Below, in pieces: positions 13,159 through 26,266 of a DNA stretch of 64,000 nt (the stretch's first letter is position 1; each line of letters begins with the position of its first letter). The DNA is taken from the NCBI GenBank assembly GCA_039545335.1, contig BCIN01000011.1, positions 248,001 to 312,000 on the forward strand, in the 5' to 3' direction. The notes under the pieces were generated by a model. That model was not told the origin of the DNA. It saw nothing but the letters and a program-made list of their open reading frames with translations, and did no database searches. This DNA is from Kondoa subrosea. Taxonomy: Eukaryota. A program made the position numbers and the translations under genes.

Positions 13159-13589
13159 ATCGTGGGTATTACATGTAGCGCATCATTATTACCAAGCATA
13201 TACTCCTGTTTCGTCTTATGAGGGACTCGACTACGCCACGTTGAAGGGTCGGCTCCGGGCGAGACTTTGAGACGCACGCTTGACCAAGGTTGCTTTTCAA
13301 CTTATACCTGTGCATTTACTGGATCGTCAGTCATCTGCAACACGCTACGACCTTCTACGGTAGGCATCCACGGCACAGAGTCCAACGCATTGCAACTTGG
13401 GCTGACTTTCGCGAGTCTCGGATAACAGACTCTTCAACCCTACTCTTCTCGGCTCTGCTAATACGGCGTCCTTGTCCTGTACGGCACGCAACAGCAGTTC
13501 ATAGATAGCAAGCTTATAATCAAGGCTTGGAAAGTGCACCTGCCCTCTTTCTTAACCTCACTCCTTTTCTTTCAACCAATTTCAACCAA

Positions 13590-14475
13590 ATGGCTTCACA
13601 AGAACCTACCCTACGTAGGAAATTAGTCATTGTCGGAGATGGTGCTGTAAGCCGGTCGCGCTTTTCCGGAGATTGGGACATAGATTGATTCATCGTGTGC
13701 CAACACAAACAGTGCGGCAAGACCTGCTTGCTCATCGTCTTCTCTCGTGGTACTTTCCCCGAGGTATGTATTATCGTGGAAGTTGCGTGTGGAAATGCTA
13801 AGCAATCGACGGATTGAACAGGTCTACGTGCCAACCGTTTTCGAGAATTACGTCGCGGAAGTTGAGATAAATGGTCACGTCTGGTCAGTTGCGGTGCATA
13901 TTGATTCCGTATTATCTAACAGTGGATCGCATTCACAGCGAATTGGCACTTTGGGATACTGCTGGACAAGAAGATTACGATCGTCTCCGACCTCTGTCCT
14001 ATCCTGACTCTCATGTCATTCTCATCTGCTTCGCTGTCGATTCACCCGATTCTCTCGATAACGTACAAGAGAAATGGATTTCTGAAGTCTTGCATTTCTG
14101 CTCCGGTTTACCTATTATCCTTGTTGGTTGCAAAAAGGACTTGAGAAACGATCCCAAGACGATAGATGAACTACGAAGGGTCAACCAACGTCCAGTAACG
14201 GAACAGGAGGTCAGTTGAAGATCTTCTGCTTGAGGTATAATGTGTTGATTGAAGTTATAGGGTATGGATGTCGCGAGAAAGATTCAGGCTTACAAGTACT
14301 TGGAATGTTCAGCCAAGGCGTGAGTGGTCGCGTTTGACAATCAGCTTGATGCTAATGCATTGATCGCCATTATCACAGTAACGTTGGCGTCAGAGAAGTC
14401 TTTGATGCTGCAACTCGGGCTGCTTTGACTGTTGGCAAGAAGAAGCGCAAGGACAAGGTCTGCGTCATTCTCTAG
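13590..14475 (+). CDS. RHO1: Rho1-type small GTPase
   Basis: [51 protein letters not shown], polybasic tail and CAAX CVIL*; 5 introns. Confidence 0.95.
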
Positions 14476-15029
14476 ATGACGACGATAAAGCAGGCGAGAC
14501 TCGAGGGAAAGAGAGCTTCACAAACATGAGCATGCAACGCTGAGGGGTCCCGTCTTCTTTCATCATAATTCTTTTCTGTATAGGCTTGCATTCTTAGACT
14601 GAGTTAATATTCTGCGCTGCATTGATATGAGACGTGTTTTGCTGCGTCTCTGCCCGGAATTTAGCTGCCTGCTGTCTTCTACGCACAATGACCTTGAGGA
14701 TGATAGGACGCATGTCTCCTGCACGACTGTTACGACATGCACACAGATTCATATGATACAAGTCACGTCCTATTCAATCTATCCGAGTTCACTGTTCAGT
14801 ACACAAACTTTCAATGCGGCATGTCAAGTATTTGTTTCGCCCCATAGATGTATATGCAGTCAAGTCAGCTGCGCCTCTCGACGGCCGACTTGCTTCTATG
14901 CCGTGCTTGCCAGAGATGTGGGATTCTATCGCTCAAATAGTGTAACCGATAATTCGCCTTTGCTTGGAAGTTGGGCCTCCAGAGTGCCTCCAGTCTCATC
15001 TCTTCCTCCGTTCGTGCTCTCGCTCCCGT

Positions 15030-17874
15030 ATGAAAGACCCAATCATCTCTTACGATTTAGAGTCGCTCTTGCGATGGGAGGCAGCAGCTACTCTGCTGAT
15101 TATCGCGTTGATTCTACCTGCTGTGAAACGATATCTCAAAGTCTTGCGTTTGAGAAGAACACTACCTCGTATGTCAAGAGCCTCTTCAGTAGCAACAACC
15201 TTCGCTCATATCTACTACTTGTTATTTGTCATAAGCTGGTCCTCATCCTTGGCCCTTAGTGGGGAACACTCTTAATTTACCTAAGAACAAACCTTGGGTT
15301 TATTTTGAAAGGCTAAGCAAGGATTACAATTCGCCTATCGTTACAGTTTGGTTAGGTAGTAAACCTACTGTTTGGTTGAATGACGCTTGGGTTGCCGATG
15401 AGTTATTGAACAAGAGGGCTGCCATCTATTCCTCGTACGTGATGTCCTGACTAGATAGAGTATGGCTGAGTGTGTGTACAGTCGACCTGAACTTATCGTT
15501 TTCCGTGATTTGGGTACCGGTCCAGGCAATATCATTTCGATGCGATACGATTCACGTTGGAGAGATATGCGTAAAGTCACACATCATGGTCCGTCGAAGA
15601 TTCACCTTCGTCCCGGGGACAGTATTTTGATTGCCAAATTTGCAGGCGTGGGAATGCAGCAGACGAGATCTTACAGAAGTATCCAAGATAACGAGTCCAA
15701 GCAAATCCCATACGTGCGTTCCAATGTACCAAAAGGCAAACTAGTCTTACCTGTCGAACAGGATATCATGCGCGATCCGAAGCATTATGTCGTAAGTCTG
15801 CGCAAATGCACTAGTGAATGCGGTCATGAATTAATGCGCTTGCTATGGAATTGTAGGCTCATCTTGAGCGATATGCAACAAGGTACATTCGATCGCGCTA
15901 ATCTCACTACGCACCGCTAAAAAATCATTTCTCAGTGTTGTTTCGATTATTGGGTTTGGAAGAAGATTGCAGACCATCGAGTAAGTCATGTCATTCGTGG
16001 TAACCAAATCAACACTGAAGAGATTCTTAGCGACCCAATTATCAGCGAGGTTCTACATATTATGATGCTTGCCGGCGAGCTGAATGTGCCATCGGCTGTC
16101 CGTAAACATTCTCGCTTGCGCAGACTATGCTCACAATACCTATACACAGTCGATGCCTATGTTGATGGTAAATTCACAGCTCTCAGGTCAGATGGCAGCT
16201 GATATCTTGCAGGAAACGTTCCCTATTCTGGCTAAAGCACCAAATTGGGTTCCGTGGAAAACCAAAACTCGCAATCGCCGAAAAGGTGTCTCGTTCTTCT
16301 ACGCTTTGGCTAAAGAAGCAGCGGAAGAGAATCCAAATGAAAATACTTGCAAGACTCTATTCGGCTCGCACATTGACAATTTTAAGATGAGCAAGAGGGA
16401 GGCAGGTTAGTTTTTGCAGAAATCATTCTTGTTCTATGCTGAACAGTGTACTCGATAAGCTAACATCGGCGGGAACCTTTTCGGAGGTGATTTGCTATCT
16501 GCTTTGACAGCGATCGCTGAAAACATTACTGAAACTCTGATCTTCAGCTGGCGCGGAAACATCAAGCAATACTCTCATCACTTTCATACTCGCTTGTGTT
16601 GCTTTTCCCGAGACTTTACCTCGGGCATGGGAAGAGCTAGACAAGGTTGTCGGACATGAACGTAGTCCAACTTTCGAAGATCAAGAATCATTACCATATA
16701 TCAGTGAGCTGCTTTCGAACACACAGATTCCGCGCGCCTGACCAAGTATGCAGATGCTTTTGTCACGGAGGTGTTCCGCTGGCGAGCGACGGCTAGTTAG
16801 TTGTAAATCTTCGGACGTTTCTGTAATGCTCACATGTACGCCAGCGCTTTCCGGTCAACCTCATGCAACAATACAGGAAGATGTTTGGGCAAGCCGGATT
16901 GTTCTTGTTCTGACTCAAGCTGATTCATGGCCTATACAGAATGGCTATGTTTTCCCTAAAGATTGCTGGGTACAGGCGAATCTTTGGGCTATTCATCGAC
17001 ATCCTCGAGAGTTCCCTGGTAGGTTTCGCCTATCCGTTCGCAGCGTATTGCTGACCTTCACTTTCGCCAGATCCCGATAGATTCAATCCTGCAAGGCATC
17101 TAGACCCTAATCGTCCTGCTTATCCCAATACTGATGGGTACAATACATTGTAAGTGCCTAGTCTCAAACCTACTTTGATTTCGCTGATCCAATGCTTTGT
17201 CAGCGGGTAAGCGCTTCTACTGCTGTCTATTTGCACATGGCTGACCATACAAAAGCTACGGACGTAGAATTTGCGCAGGAAAAGGTGAGCTTGTAGCACG
17301 ATCATTATAGATATCCGGACTGATGGCTCGACTAGCTCTGGCCGAGCAAGGGATCTTCATCGTATCTTGCAATCCAGAACCTCGGAAGACTGGTCACTGA
17401 CTGTGCTTATAGACCTGTGCGCGTCTGCTGTGGTCTTTCGTGCGCCCTTTCCCCCCGTAAAATACTAAGCTAAATAGTACCTCAGAACATTACAAAAGAA
17501 CTCGATAGCAACGGACAACCAATACCTGTAGATGTGCGTGTATGGTTATCATCTGTTATTTCACAACGCTGATCGCTAGCAGATCTTTGCCTACACCAAT
17601 GGCTTGAATATTGTTGGTCTGGCACAATCTGTTTTGCATGGATCTGACATCTATCTTAGCGGCCGGAAGAGTTCCCAGCTCGATTCATTGTTCGCTCAGA
17701 AGCAATCAAGGCCACTATTGAGCGAGAAGCGAAAGAAGCTCTGGCGGAAATGGAGCGATTCAAGTAAGCTTTACGCCGAAGAAGAGACTTAGCTGATTCT
17801 CTGGCAGCGTTCCGACGAAGTACCGTCTGTCTGACATGGGCACAAAGCATAAAATTGAGGCTGACCTGGACTGA
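15030..17874 (+). CDS. Cytochrome P450 monooxygenase, about 23 introns (alternative stop at 17767 if the last intron is retained)
   Basis: N-terminal TM and PPGPHPWPLVGN; I-helix AGAETS; EVFR (ExxR); PDRFNP; heme motif FGYGRRICAG after splicing. Confidence 0.93.
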
Positions 17875-17915
17875 ATCGGTTTTAAGTATATGTGCATTTG
17901 TATGTTTCGTTATTG

Positions 17916-18723
17916 TTACAGGTCATATGGAGCAAAGTCTTCGTCATGGACAGAGAAGTCGCTGCCGTAGTCTGTGTCCGAGTCTTCTTTCTTGACCTCA
18001 GAAACCGATGATGATGCAAGAACCGCGCCATTCTTTGGTTCTGCTTCTTCTTTGTGCTCCTCTTCCTTTTCCCTGTCAACCTCTTGAGGGTCGAAATTCT
18101 CTTCAAAATGCACCTAATTGTCGCTCAACCTCATCCTAGGGGCAAAGAGGGCGCAAAGAGTTGCTCACTTCTTCGTATTCCCCATAATCCATGCAGCACT
18201 CGTCCAAACCGAGAAACCGAGTCCCATGGACGCCCATATTGCTTCCGTAGCCTACAGTACCACATCAGTACTAGTCTTTGATGCTCATATACTGCTTACT
18301 CTCTGATTCTTGTTCAAAAAGTCTCGTTTCGCCTCGGCCAAGGTTTTGCCCATGCTTTCGGTAGAGTTAAGGTATTCTGCCAAAGCAAGAATTTGCAAAG
18401 GTAAGCTTTCTTCTTGCCTGCTTTGCTAAGATGGTGCGCCTCTATCTTATAGCTGGAAACCTGCCGTTGCGACTATAACTCAGCTAGTAGTGTCAAAGAG
18501 TATTTTCTGCACGCACTCCGAAGTGCCGCCATGCATCCCACCAAGAGATCCACGTTTCCATACCCTCATCGTTTATGCATGAAAAGCCTTTCCTTCGAGC
18601 TTCCTCATAGGTGGGTAATCGAAACGCGGAAATTTCGGGAGATTTACTGGCACGAGAAGTAGGATATGGAGTAGCAGCAATAGCGATGTGAGGCGTTCTG
18701 TACGATGAGCTCGCTTTCGGCAT
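17916..18723 (-). CDS. Hypothetical protein with acidic C-terminus (about 5 exons)
   Basis: ATG ORF MPKASSSY.. can be spliced through short exons to VHFEENFDPQEVD..FAPYDL*; no family recognised. Confidence 0.5.
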
Positions 18724-19249
18724 GATTGATACAGGTTAAGCGAGAGAACAAAAATGCGGGGTAAAGATCAAAACAACTTAAGTTAGTCACACTGGCGAGA
18801 CCCAGAACGAGCAGTGGAAGATGAGAACAGCATCTGGTGTAGAAGCAGAAATTCTCAGAGTCCCAGCCAACAGCAAGCGAAGCTAACTTGAGCTGACCCT
18901 TGGCTTCCGATGGACTGCGTTGATTTTGCAGGACGAAGCTTCAAAAGCTTGCGTTCATATACAGCTACCTGCAAGCACTCAAAATTCAAATGCTTACAAT
19001 CAACAACCAAATCTACAACTAGGCGGCATTGTGGGAAATGAAGAATGACTGCCCTTCACGTTGAATCGAAAAAGCCCTTCAGACTTCCAATTAAGCTAGA
19101 CTAGGAGTGCGCAAGAAGCGTATTAGCTATTGCTATCTCGTTGAATTGTGGTCCCTGCATTGTCGTGTAGCTGTAATCCTCAAATTTCCCTTTGTTCTCG
19201 CACTCTTGATTTGCCTTCATGTTGTTCATCGCATCTTTCCCATATTATC

Positions 19250-21265
19250 ATGGACCCGATGGCTGGTATGCCGCCAGACCCTATGGCAGGAGGAATGCCT
19301 CCTGATCCTATGGGTGGTCTTCCGCCGATGCCTGGAGAAATGCCTGTCGACCCAGGGATGAATGGACAGTCGTAAATTAACGCTCCTCCGTTCATGCACT
19401 GTCTCATTCTGCTATAGTCAGGACACGGAGGCCAATGGACCATATAAGGTCAAAGGATATCACGGAAAGCTAGTCTTTTGTATGTCTTCCTTCTCTTCCA
19501 TTTACTTAAGTTGACCATTGCTTAGGGAGTCTCGGCCCTACTACTCACAATGCTTTTGTATGGACTCTGTTAGGGTCTGCTACCTTCCTGCTCGCTATAG
19601 CTGTTCTTGGAACTCCTCAAATCAAGGCAATTGCGTTCACTGAAGGCCGCATACCTGGAACGCAAAGCTCAATCTATATTGGATGGTACGGAACTTGCAT
19701 GTAGATCATTTTCATGTCGATGCAATCAGTAGCTGATAGTTGAGCAGCTTCGACGAAGCTACGGACTGGGCGACTGTAAACCGAACTCCCTTGCCGCAGT
19801 CGCATATGATCTGATTGCTGTACCCAGTGCACTCCACCTGCTTATCCTCTGTCGATAGCCAACTTTGGTACTATAGGCGGAAGACTGGAGGAAGTAGCAA
19901 AGATCTATGACAAGTCCGCGAACAGAGCGTTGGCTTTCAATGCTGTCGCTGCATTCTTCTCCTTTGTCGCTGCCATCTCTCATCGTATAGTTCGGTGAGC
20001 TGCTCCTGCCTATACATAGCTGAGATTGAGCTTTCGACAAAGGAACCATGCACCTTTTTATGTTACATTATTTGCTTTCGTCCTTGCTATAGCAGCTTTC
20101 GCGACCGATGTGAGTCTGCTGATTTTGAAGTCGATGATGCTGACATTAGCACAGGCATTCATCTTCTACCCTACTGTCGCCCAATTGAAAGACAAAGCAG
20201 GTCTCGAGGCAAATCTCGGCTTAGCTTTCTCCGCTGTGGGTATCGCTGTACCATGTCTTTTAGTTTGCTGCTTCTTCAGCTATTCGCGAGCTGTCAAAGC
20301 GCAAGTGCGCCCGCGGACAAACGAGCACAGAGATGATGCTAATTTATAATACAGCTCAATTGGCCGACAAAAGATCCTGATCCTGATCCAATCCCTCAAG
20401 CACCAATGCAACAGAGTATGGGAGGTGCTGGGCCTGGAATGGATCCGATGATGGGTGCAGGAGCGTGAGCCAAAGTTCATCGGCAGCCATAATCTTCTAA
20501 ATATTGAGAAATGTTGCTGCAGACCACCAGGAATGCCAGGAATGGATCCAATGGGAGGGTCAGTTCTTCTTGTTGTCGCATTCTCTCACACTAATACATT
20601 CTTGTCGCAGAGGAGCACCGTGAGACATCGAATCTCATCCCATATAAAAGAAACCTGATAATAGCTCAACAGACCAGGAGGAGATCCCTTTGGGGCGCCA
20701 CCAGGAGGAGGAGTGTAAGCCTGTTTTCCCTTCATCATCTTAATACCAGTTTTTGCTCGCGTGCTCGGGCTGAGGTTGGAAACGCTCGAATCTGAATTCT
20801 GCCTAATACAATATGGTGATCTCATACATTGTTTCTATACAGGCCCGGAGCAGATTCATTTGGTGCACCTCCAGGAGCGTGAGTGACTTATCTTTGCCTT
20901 CTTCATGTTCCGGCAAGAAGATCTTCAGATATGAAACTTATTTACTCTGCACACCATACTGACGCTCTGATCTTGTATAGGCCGCCCGGTGGGGATCCAT
21001 TTGGAGCACCGCCTGGAGGACCGTAAGTCATCATTCTCTGCCTCATCTAAGCTGTCTATGTCGATACTCATATCGTCCCATAGACCTGGCGCAGATCCAT
21101 TTGGCGCACCGCCAGCAGGTGGACCACCTCCGTCAGTTGTTTCTGATGTCTTCCTGCTGAATTTGGCTCGCAGCTGACCCGTGCTCGCACAGAGGAGCCG
21201 ATCCTTTTGCAATGCCTCCGCCTGGAGGTGCACCGCCAGGAGGAGCAGCACCACCTCCTTTCTAA
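19250..21265 (+). CDS. SUR7/PalI-family four-TM protein with Gly/Pro DPM/DPF repeat termini
   Basis: TM1 then loop motif IGWYGTC..CTPPAY typical of PalI/Sur7; three further hydrophobic helices; many short introns; repeat tail ends PPPF*. Confidence 0.8.
20523..21265 (+). repeat. Exon-encoded tandem peptide repeat (P)G[GA]D[PS]FGAPP
   Basis: Repeat-bearing exons at 20673-20714, 20843-20878, 20981-21022, 21084-21131 and 21193-; related GMDPMGG exon 20523-20558; 9-nt exon 20611-20619. Confidence 0.85.
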
Positions 21266-21593
21266 TCTTCTGGCATTCAAGCTCCCTTTCAAGAGTTTGG
21301 ACAAATATTGCTCCCTGTTTTTGTTCATCGCATACTGCATCCTTCGTTGTACAAATGCATACACACACTTCTTATATCATTTGGCTGCCCTTAGACCCAC
21401 AATAGCCATTTGTCGATGCATGGTTTAGGTAAGAGGCAAGAGACAATTTAAAAGACTTATTATGATATTGATATACGCATACAAAACGGAAATAGCAATG
21501 AAAGTCCGTGTGAGAGCCCTACTTCCTTCCTCTACTTCGCTTGCGTATGGCAACAGGCTAAGCAATCTGATATTTGAAATGAAGCGAGACCGA

Positions 21594-22225
21594 TCAGCTA
21601 GAAGAAGAAGCCCATGTCAGTATCGTATTAATATCGTAGGGTGCTTCCTTCCTCAACTTACAATAGGCAGTCCTGTAGGATGAATCGCATCAGCGCAAAT
21701 CTGATCATCTGATCAAGACACTCACGAGACACATATCTTCAGCACAGCAACAGCAGAGTGCTCCAGCAATACAAGCGCAGCATCCGGCACCTGATTGAAG
21801 CGTCAACAAAACCGAACCAACAGACGGCAGCTTATCGAAAGGAACTTACCAGCACCTCCACCGCTTTTCTGAGGCTGAACTACAACAGGCTGGCCCTGGC
21901 CATAGCCCATCTGTTGCTGTGGTGCATACATGGGTTGCTGTCCATAGGCTTGTTGTGGGTATTGAGGTTGTCCGTAGCCCTGAGGAGGCTGCGAGAAGGT
22001 TTGTGATATCAGATGATTGAACACAGCTTCTAATCTGCGAGTAGAACATACGCCGTATTGGCCTTGGGGAGCATAACCTCTATCTTGTGTAGGACTAGCG
22101 TATTGCTGTTGAGGTGCACCATATTGCTGGCCTTGAGGCTGTCCTTGATCTAAATGGTTTTTAAGCTCTCACGACTGCGCGGATTCGACAGCTTCTACTA
22201 CGCACAGAATTCTTGAGCGGCCATC
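21594..22225 (-). CDS. CYSTM (cysteine-rich TM module) tail-anchored peptide
   Basis: MAAQEFY, Q/P/Y/G-rich body, then GCCACIAGALCCCCAEDMCLDCLF*; last exons 11 nt and 4 nt. Confidence 0.88.
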
Positions 22226-22568
22226 TATGTATCGATTTCCAGATGAAAGAAGTAGGGAGAAGTGAAAGCAAAGGGTTGCAGAATGCGAGCGAGGCGAAAC
22301 TTCGCAAAACTTGGAACGAAGGCGAATAGGAGTGCGAACGCGACGTGTACAGGTGTGTCAGATCAAGAGCTACAAGCAAGCTACTTTTGAGGGCGACAAG
22401 ACTGTGCAAGGTTAAGAAGCGCAAGGCGAATCCTGGTCCAGAATTCAGGTCCAAAAATAGATTTTGCTGCCAAAGACACAGAGTATGTAGTAGACAAGAA
22501 GACAGTATGGATCCCGTCCGATAGATTTCACAGTACAAGTACAGCACGATTAGCCCATATAAATCCCT

Positions 22569-25500
22569 TCAGAACGCAAAGACAGCAGATCCTAAAGAGC
22601 CTGTGTCAATTTCGATAATCAGCAACTATGCAAGGAACACTCACCCTTCTTGTTGCCACCTATAGAGTACACCAAGAAGCTTGAGAAGAACAAGCCGACG
22701 GTAATACCGATGGCGACTTGTACCTAGAAAAATGTCTTCAGTACTGAATTGTGCTCTACAAATCAGGGATTATACCATTCGGAAACTGTACAAGCCATTT
22801 TAGCAAGTATATCATGCTACAAGAAAGAGCATACCCGATAAGTAAACCGTTTGAGTATAAATCGCCTTGATCTGACTCGCTTGTGCTGAGACCACCTATA
22901 GAGTATGTTGTCAGATTGCTATTGTAGAGATATAATCTCAAACTGACCAATTGCTGCGATTCCCGCAGGAACAAGGAAGCTAGAAGATGATCAGGAAAGA
23001 ACACAAGAACAAGGGCGCGACTTACAGAACACCAGGAGCCATAGCGGTGAAGGCAGTTCCCCTGAGACAATAGTCAGCTCACTTTGTTGTTACTGTGACG
23101 CGAAACATACCTGAAAATACGCGAGTATAGATTTCCCAAAATACCAATAACGAAAGCACCAATGAAACTGACGATATCACTTCGGTTGAAAATATAGTGA
23201 TTGGCAGCTTTGTTCGTGACCCATCCAATAACAGCAATGAGAACCATGACTGGGAACTGCTTGGATCGAATAGGCGACATGCTCCAAAGACTTAAAGCTA
23301 TAGCGAAAACAGGTACGAGAAGGAAGAACCACCATTCTGAAACCGGTTGCTGCCACCAAGGCATGTCTGGAGTCCGATAGCAGAAGATGCTGTCTAATCG
23401 TGTTGCCATTTCTGCAGCATTGTTAGTAGCATTGGTGAAGGTGAATTGACCTTGCCAATGATCCATTGTTCCGTCGGTGACGTTGCCAATCTGGAAGTTG
23501 CCTGAGATCGAGATACCATCCGCGAGGGCGCCTGCAAGCTCAAGCTTGTTACTTGATCTTGCTCGAGCACCTTGATCAAGCAAGTAGTAGAAGTCAGACC
23601 CGATAGCGATGCCGAAACCCTTTTACAAGCCATCAGCCAAGACACAGAGCAGATATGACAACAGCTCACCAAGAACAGAGAGTAGATGATTGCATAAACA
23701 AGCTTGACCGATCCAGTAACTATATTGCGTGATGCCAATTCCAAGGATCCGCAAACTGAATACAATGTCAGAGCTAGATCTATTCCTGAAGCGAAAGTTA
23801 GAGCTTACGAATGACATAACCAGGTAAGACCAACACAACACCAGCTGAACTGATTGCTTGATAGCAGAAGACATCCGTTTGATCCAAACCTCGGGCAACG
23901 AAAGAGACCAGCGTAGCAATCGAGATCCTGATAGCTGCCTTTGAGCATCCATAGAACACATATACATAGTCAACATACTCGAAGATGTTCGAGTACATTG
24001 CACTTTTGGCCGCTACCCTCAGCTGAAGGAAGGCCAGAACAGCGCCAAATAGAGCAGAGATCCAGCCATCAACGAAACTGCCTCCAAAGCTAATGTGCTA
24101 AGTGAGCATTTGTTTCCATGAAAATAGACGGTGGCATTTACCCAAGCATTGCAATCACTCCAGCACAAGTTGCAGCAATTGCGACTCGTGCCCAGATATT
24201 ATAGATCGGTTTCGCCTTGAGAATACGCGACAACTCGGTCGAGCCATCCAAAACGCTAGACTCCTTGTGAACGACAGCTCGGTACACCTCATGAACTCTT
24301 GTGAGACAACCAAGGTTGAGTTCACCTCCAGCTTTAACGAAATGAGTCTCCGAGGTATGCGTCTAGCTTGACGAATCAGCTCAATCAGGACTAGACAGAA
24401 GCTGAAACTCACTTCATTGTCTCCAAAACTGGCCATGACAATGGATGGCAAGTGAATGAACTGCGCATCAACATCCAGAGCTCGAGCTGTGGCATTAAGT
24501 TGAGCTTCCAGACGATGACTTGGTGCTCCAAAAACCATGAGAGCTTTAGCAAGTTTAAGGATAAAAGTTTGGCGCTGAATGATATCTGCTCGCAATTGTT
24601 AGCTCGCAAGCAACAAGAGTAAACATACGATCTCACCCGCCACAGCTGTAGAGACAGCCAATTGCTTCTTTTTCCTCTTTGAACCTTTCTCGAACCAAGA
24701 TGATTTGCCAGACATAACATCAACCACAGCATCCTCATTCAAGACTGTTGATCTTCTCCTCCTCGCATTCTGTTTGGTCATCTTGTAGTCCGCAATACTT
24801 TCCCCATCGCTGAAACTGTAACCTCTTTGATGAGCAGGTCGTTCCACATCAAGCTGTTTCTTCAGTCGTGGATCTTCTGGATCCATCTCCCAATTATTGA
24901 GTGAGGTAGCATCAGAGATCCCGCGATGTCTTAGACCAGGTCGAGAAGTATTAGGTTGCATATTTGGATCAATGGAAGAGGCTCTTGATTGGGCTACGGA
25001 TGTAGCTCCCATTGAAGAAGCGGAAGTCATTGAACTTGATCGATGCAACTTCTTATCGGGACCATAAAGCTTGAGTAGGTTGGAAAGCACACCACCAGAA
25101 ACATGGGAAGGATCAACACCAATATCTTTAAGTTTCTCAACATTGTTCACCAAATCCACAGCTTGTCTTGCAGGCTCTCTTCTTACTTGATCTTCAGTGA
25201 AAGATCGACGTAAAGAAGGTTTCAAGATTTCACCATTCGGTTTCGTGATTGGTTTAGAAGCTGGATCAGGTACTTGATCAAAATGATAAGCTTTATGAGC
25301 TTTCTCCAAAGAATCGCCAGCTTCCATTTCAGGCCAATCTGGGTCGTTTAAAGTTGCATCACTGTCCCTTCTCTTGTCTACCTTGGGATCTGGGTAAGCA
25401 TAAGGTGGTCCGGCTGCAGCAAAAGGTCGAGAAGCAGTAAGAGGGGAATTGAACGTCATTGAAGAACGAGGACTGTGTACAGGATTGGAACCACGTCGAT

Positions 25501-26266
25501 CGAATTCCGTGTAGGGATCGTTGATGTTTTGCTGATAAGGGATAGATGGTACAGAACCAGCTCGAGGACTGTTGCGGTTGTGTGTTGCTAAGTGATCAGA
25601 ACGAGGATGAGCTAGAGGTGGGACTCGCGATGGAGGGAAAATGGCACTTCGAGGTGAGATGTCTTCGCCTGGTAAAGTAGACCACATGGACTGAAAATTG
25701 GCCTGAGGCGAATTGTAAGCGTTCTGATAGTGTTCAGGTGGACTTTGCATATAATTGACTGCAGAAAGTGCTTGTGGTTGAGGTCGGTAAGCGTAATGGT
25801 GAACGACTGGCACTTGCGGAGATCGAATAGTGCCAGCTCGAGGAGTAGAGTGATCCATCTGCTGTTCACGAGGAGATACTACTCCTTGGGGAGGAATTGC
25901 CATTTGAGGATGATGAGGTAAGGCAGGAGGAAGACTAGGGCGATGTTCTGCAGTAATCGACGGGATTCGATCTTGAATAACTTGACCACGACTTTCCTCG
26001 CCTGAGGGCTGGGCATTACGAACCGACTCTTCGACTTCATCTTCCGCGTCGGTTTCCATTTCAGCTGCATATGCTTCGGCAAATGGATCGCTTCCTCTTT
26101 CATGGTAAGGTGTCGGAGCAGGATTGTATTGACTTCTTGGCTCGTCCTCTGACGATCCACGACGATGAGCTGGAGTAGAAGAGACGCCTGCCATTTCTGA
26201 CATGCTGAAGCGCACTCGACTGATGCTTCTTTCGCCAGCTGAAGGTCTGCGAGGTGAATTGTCCAT
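22569..26266 (-). CDS. PRM10: Pheromone-regulated membrane protein 10 / ThrE (DUF1212) family transporter-like protein
   Basis: Long disordered N-terminus, then FILKLAKALMVFGAPSHRLE, LVLPGY, LELASRNIVTGSVKLVYAIIYSLFLGFG, VPGS and QVAIGITVGLF motifs. Confidence 0.88.

Noticed and set aside
14627..15259. 210-aa ORF overlapping the P450 start
   Set aside because: Different frame from the P450, no motifs, composition of non-coding DNA
20523..21240. Regularly interspaced repeats resembling a CRISPR array
   Set aside because: Repeats diverge at synonymous positions and are bounded by AG/GT; the spacers are spliceosomal introns and there are no cas genes
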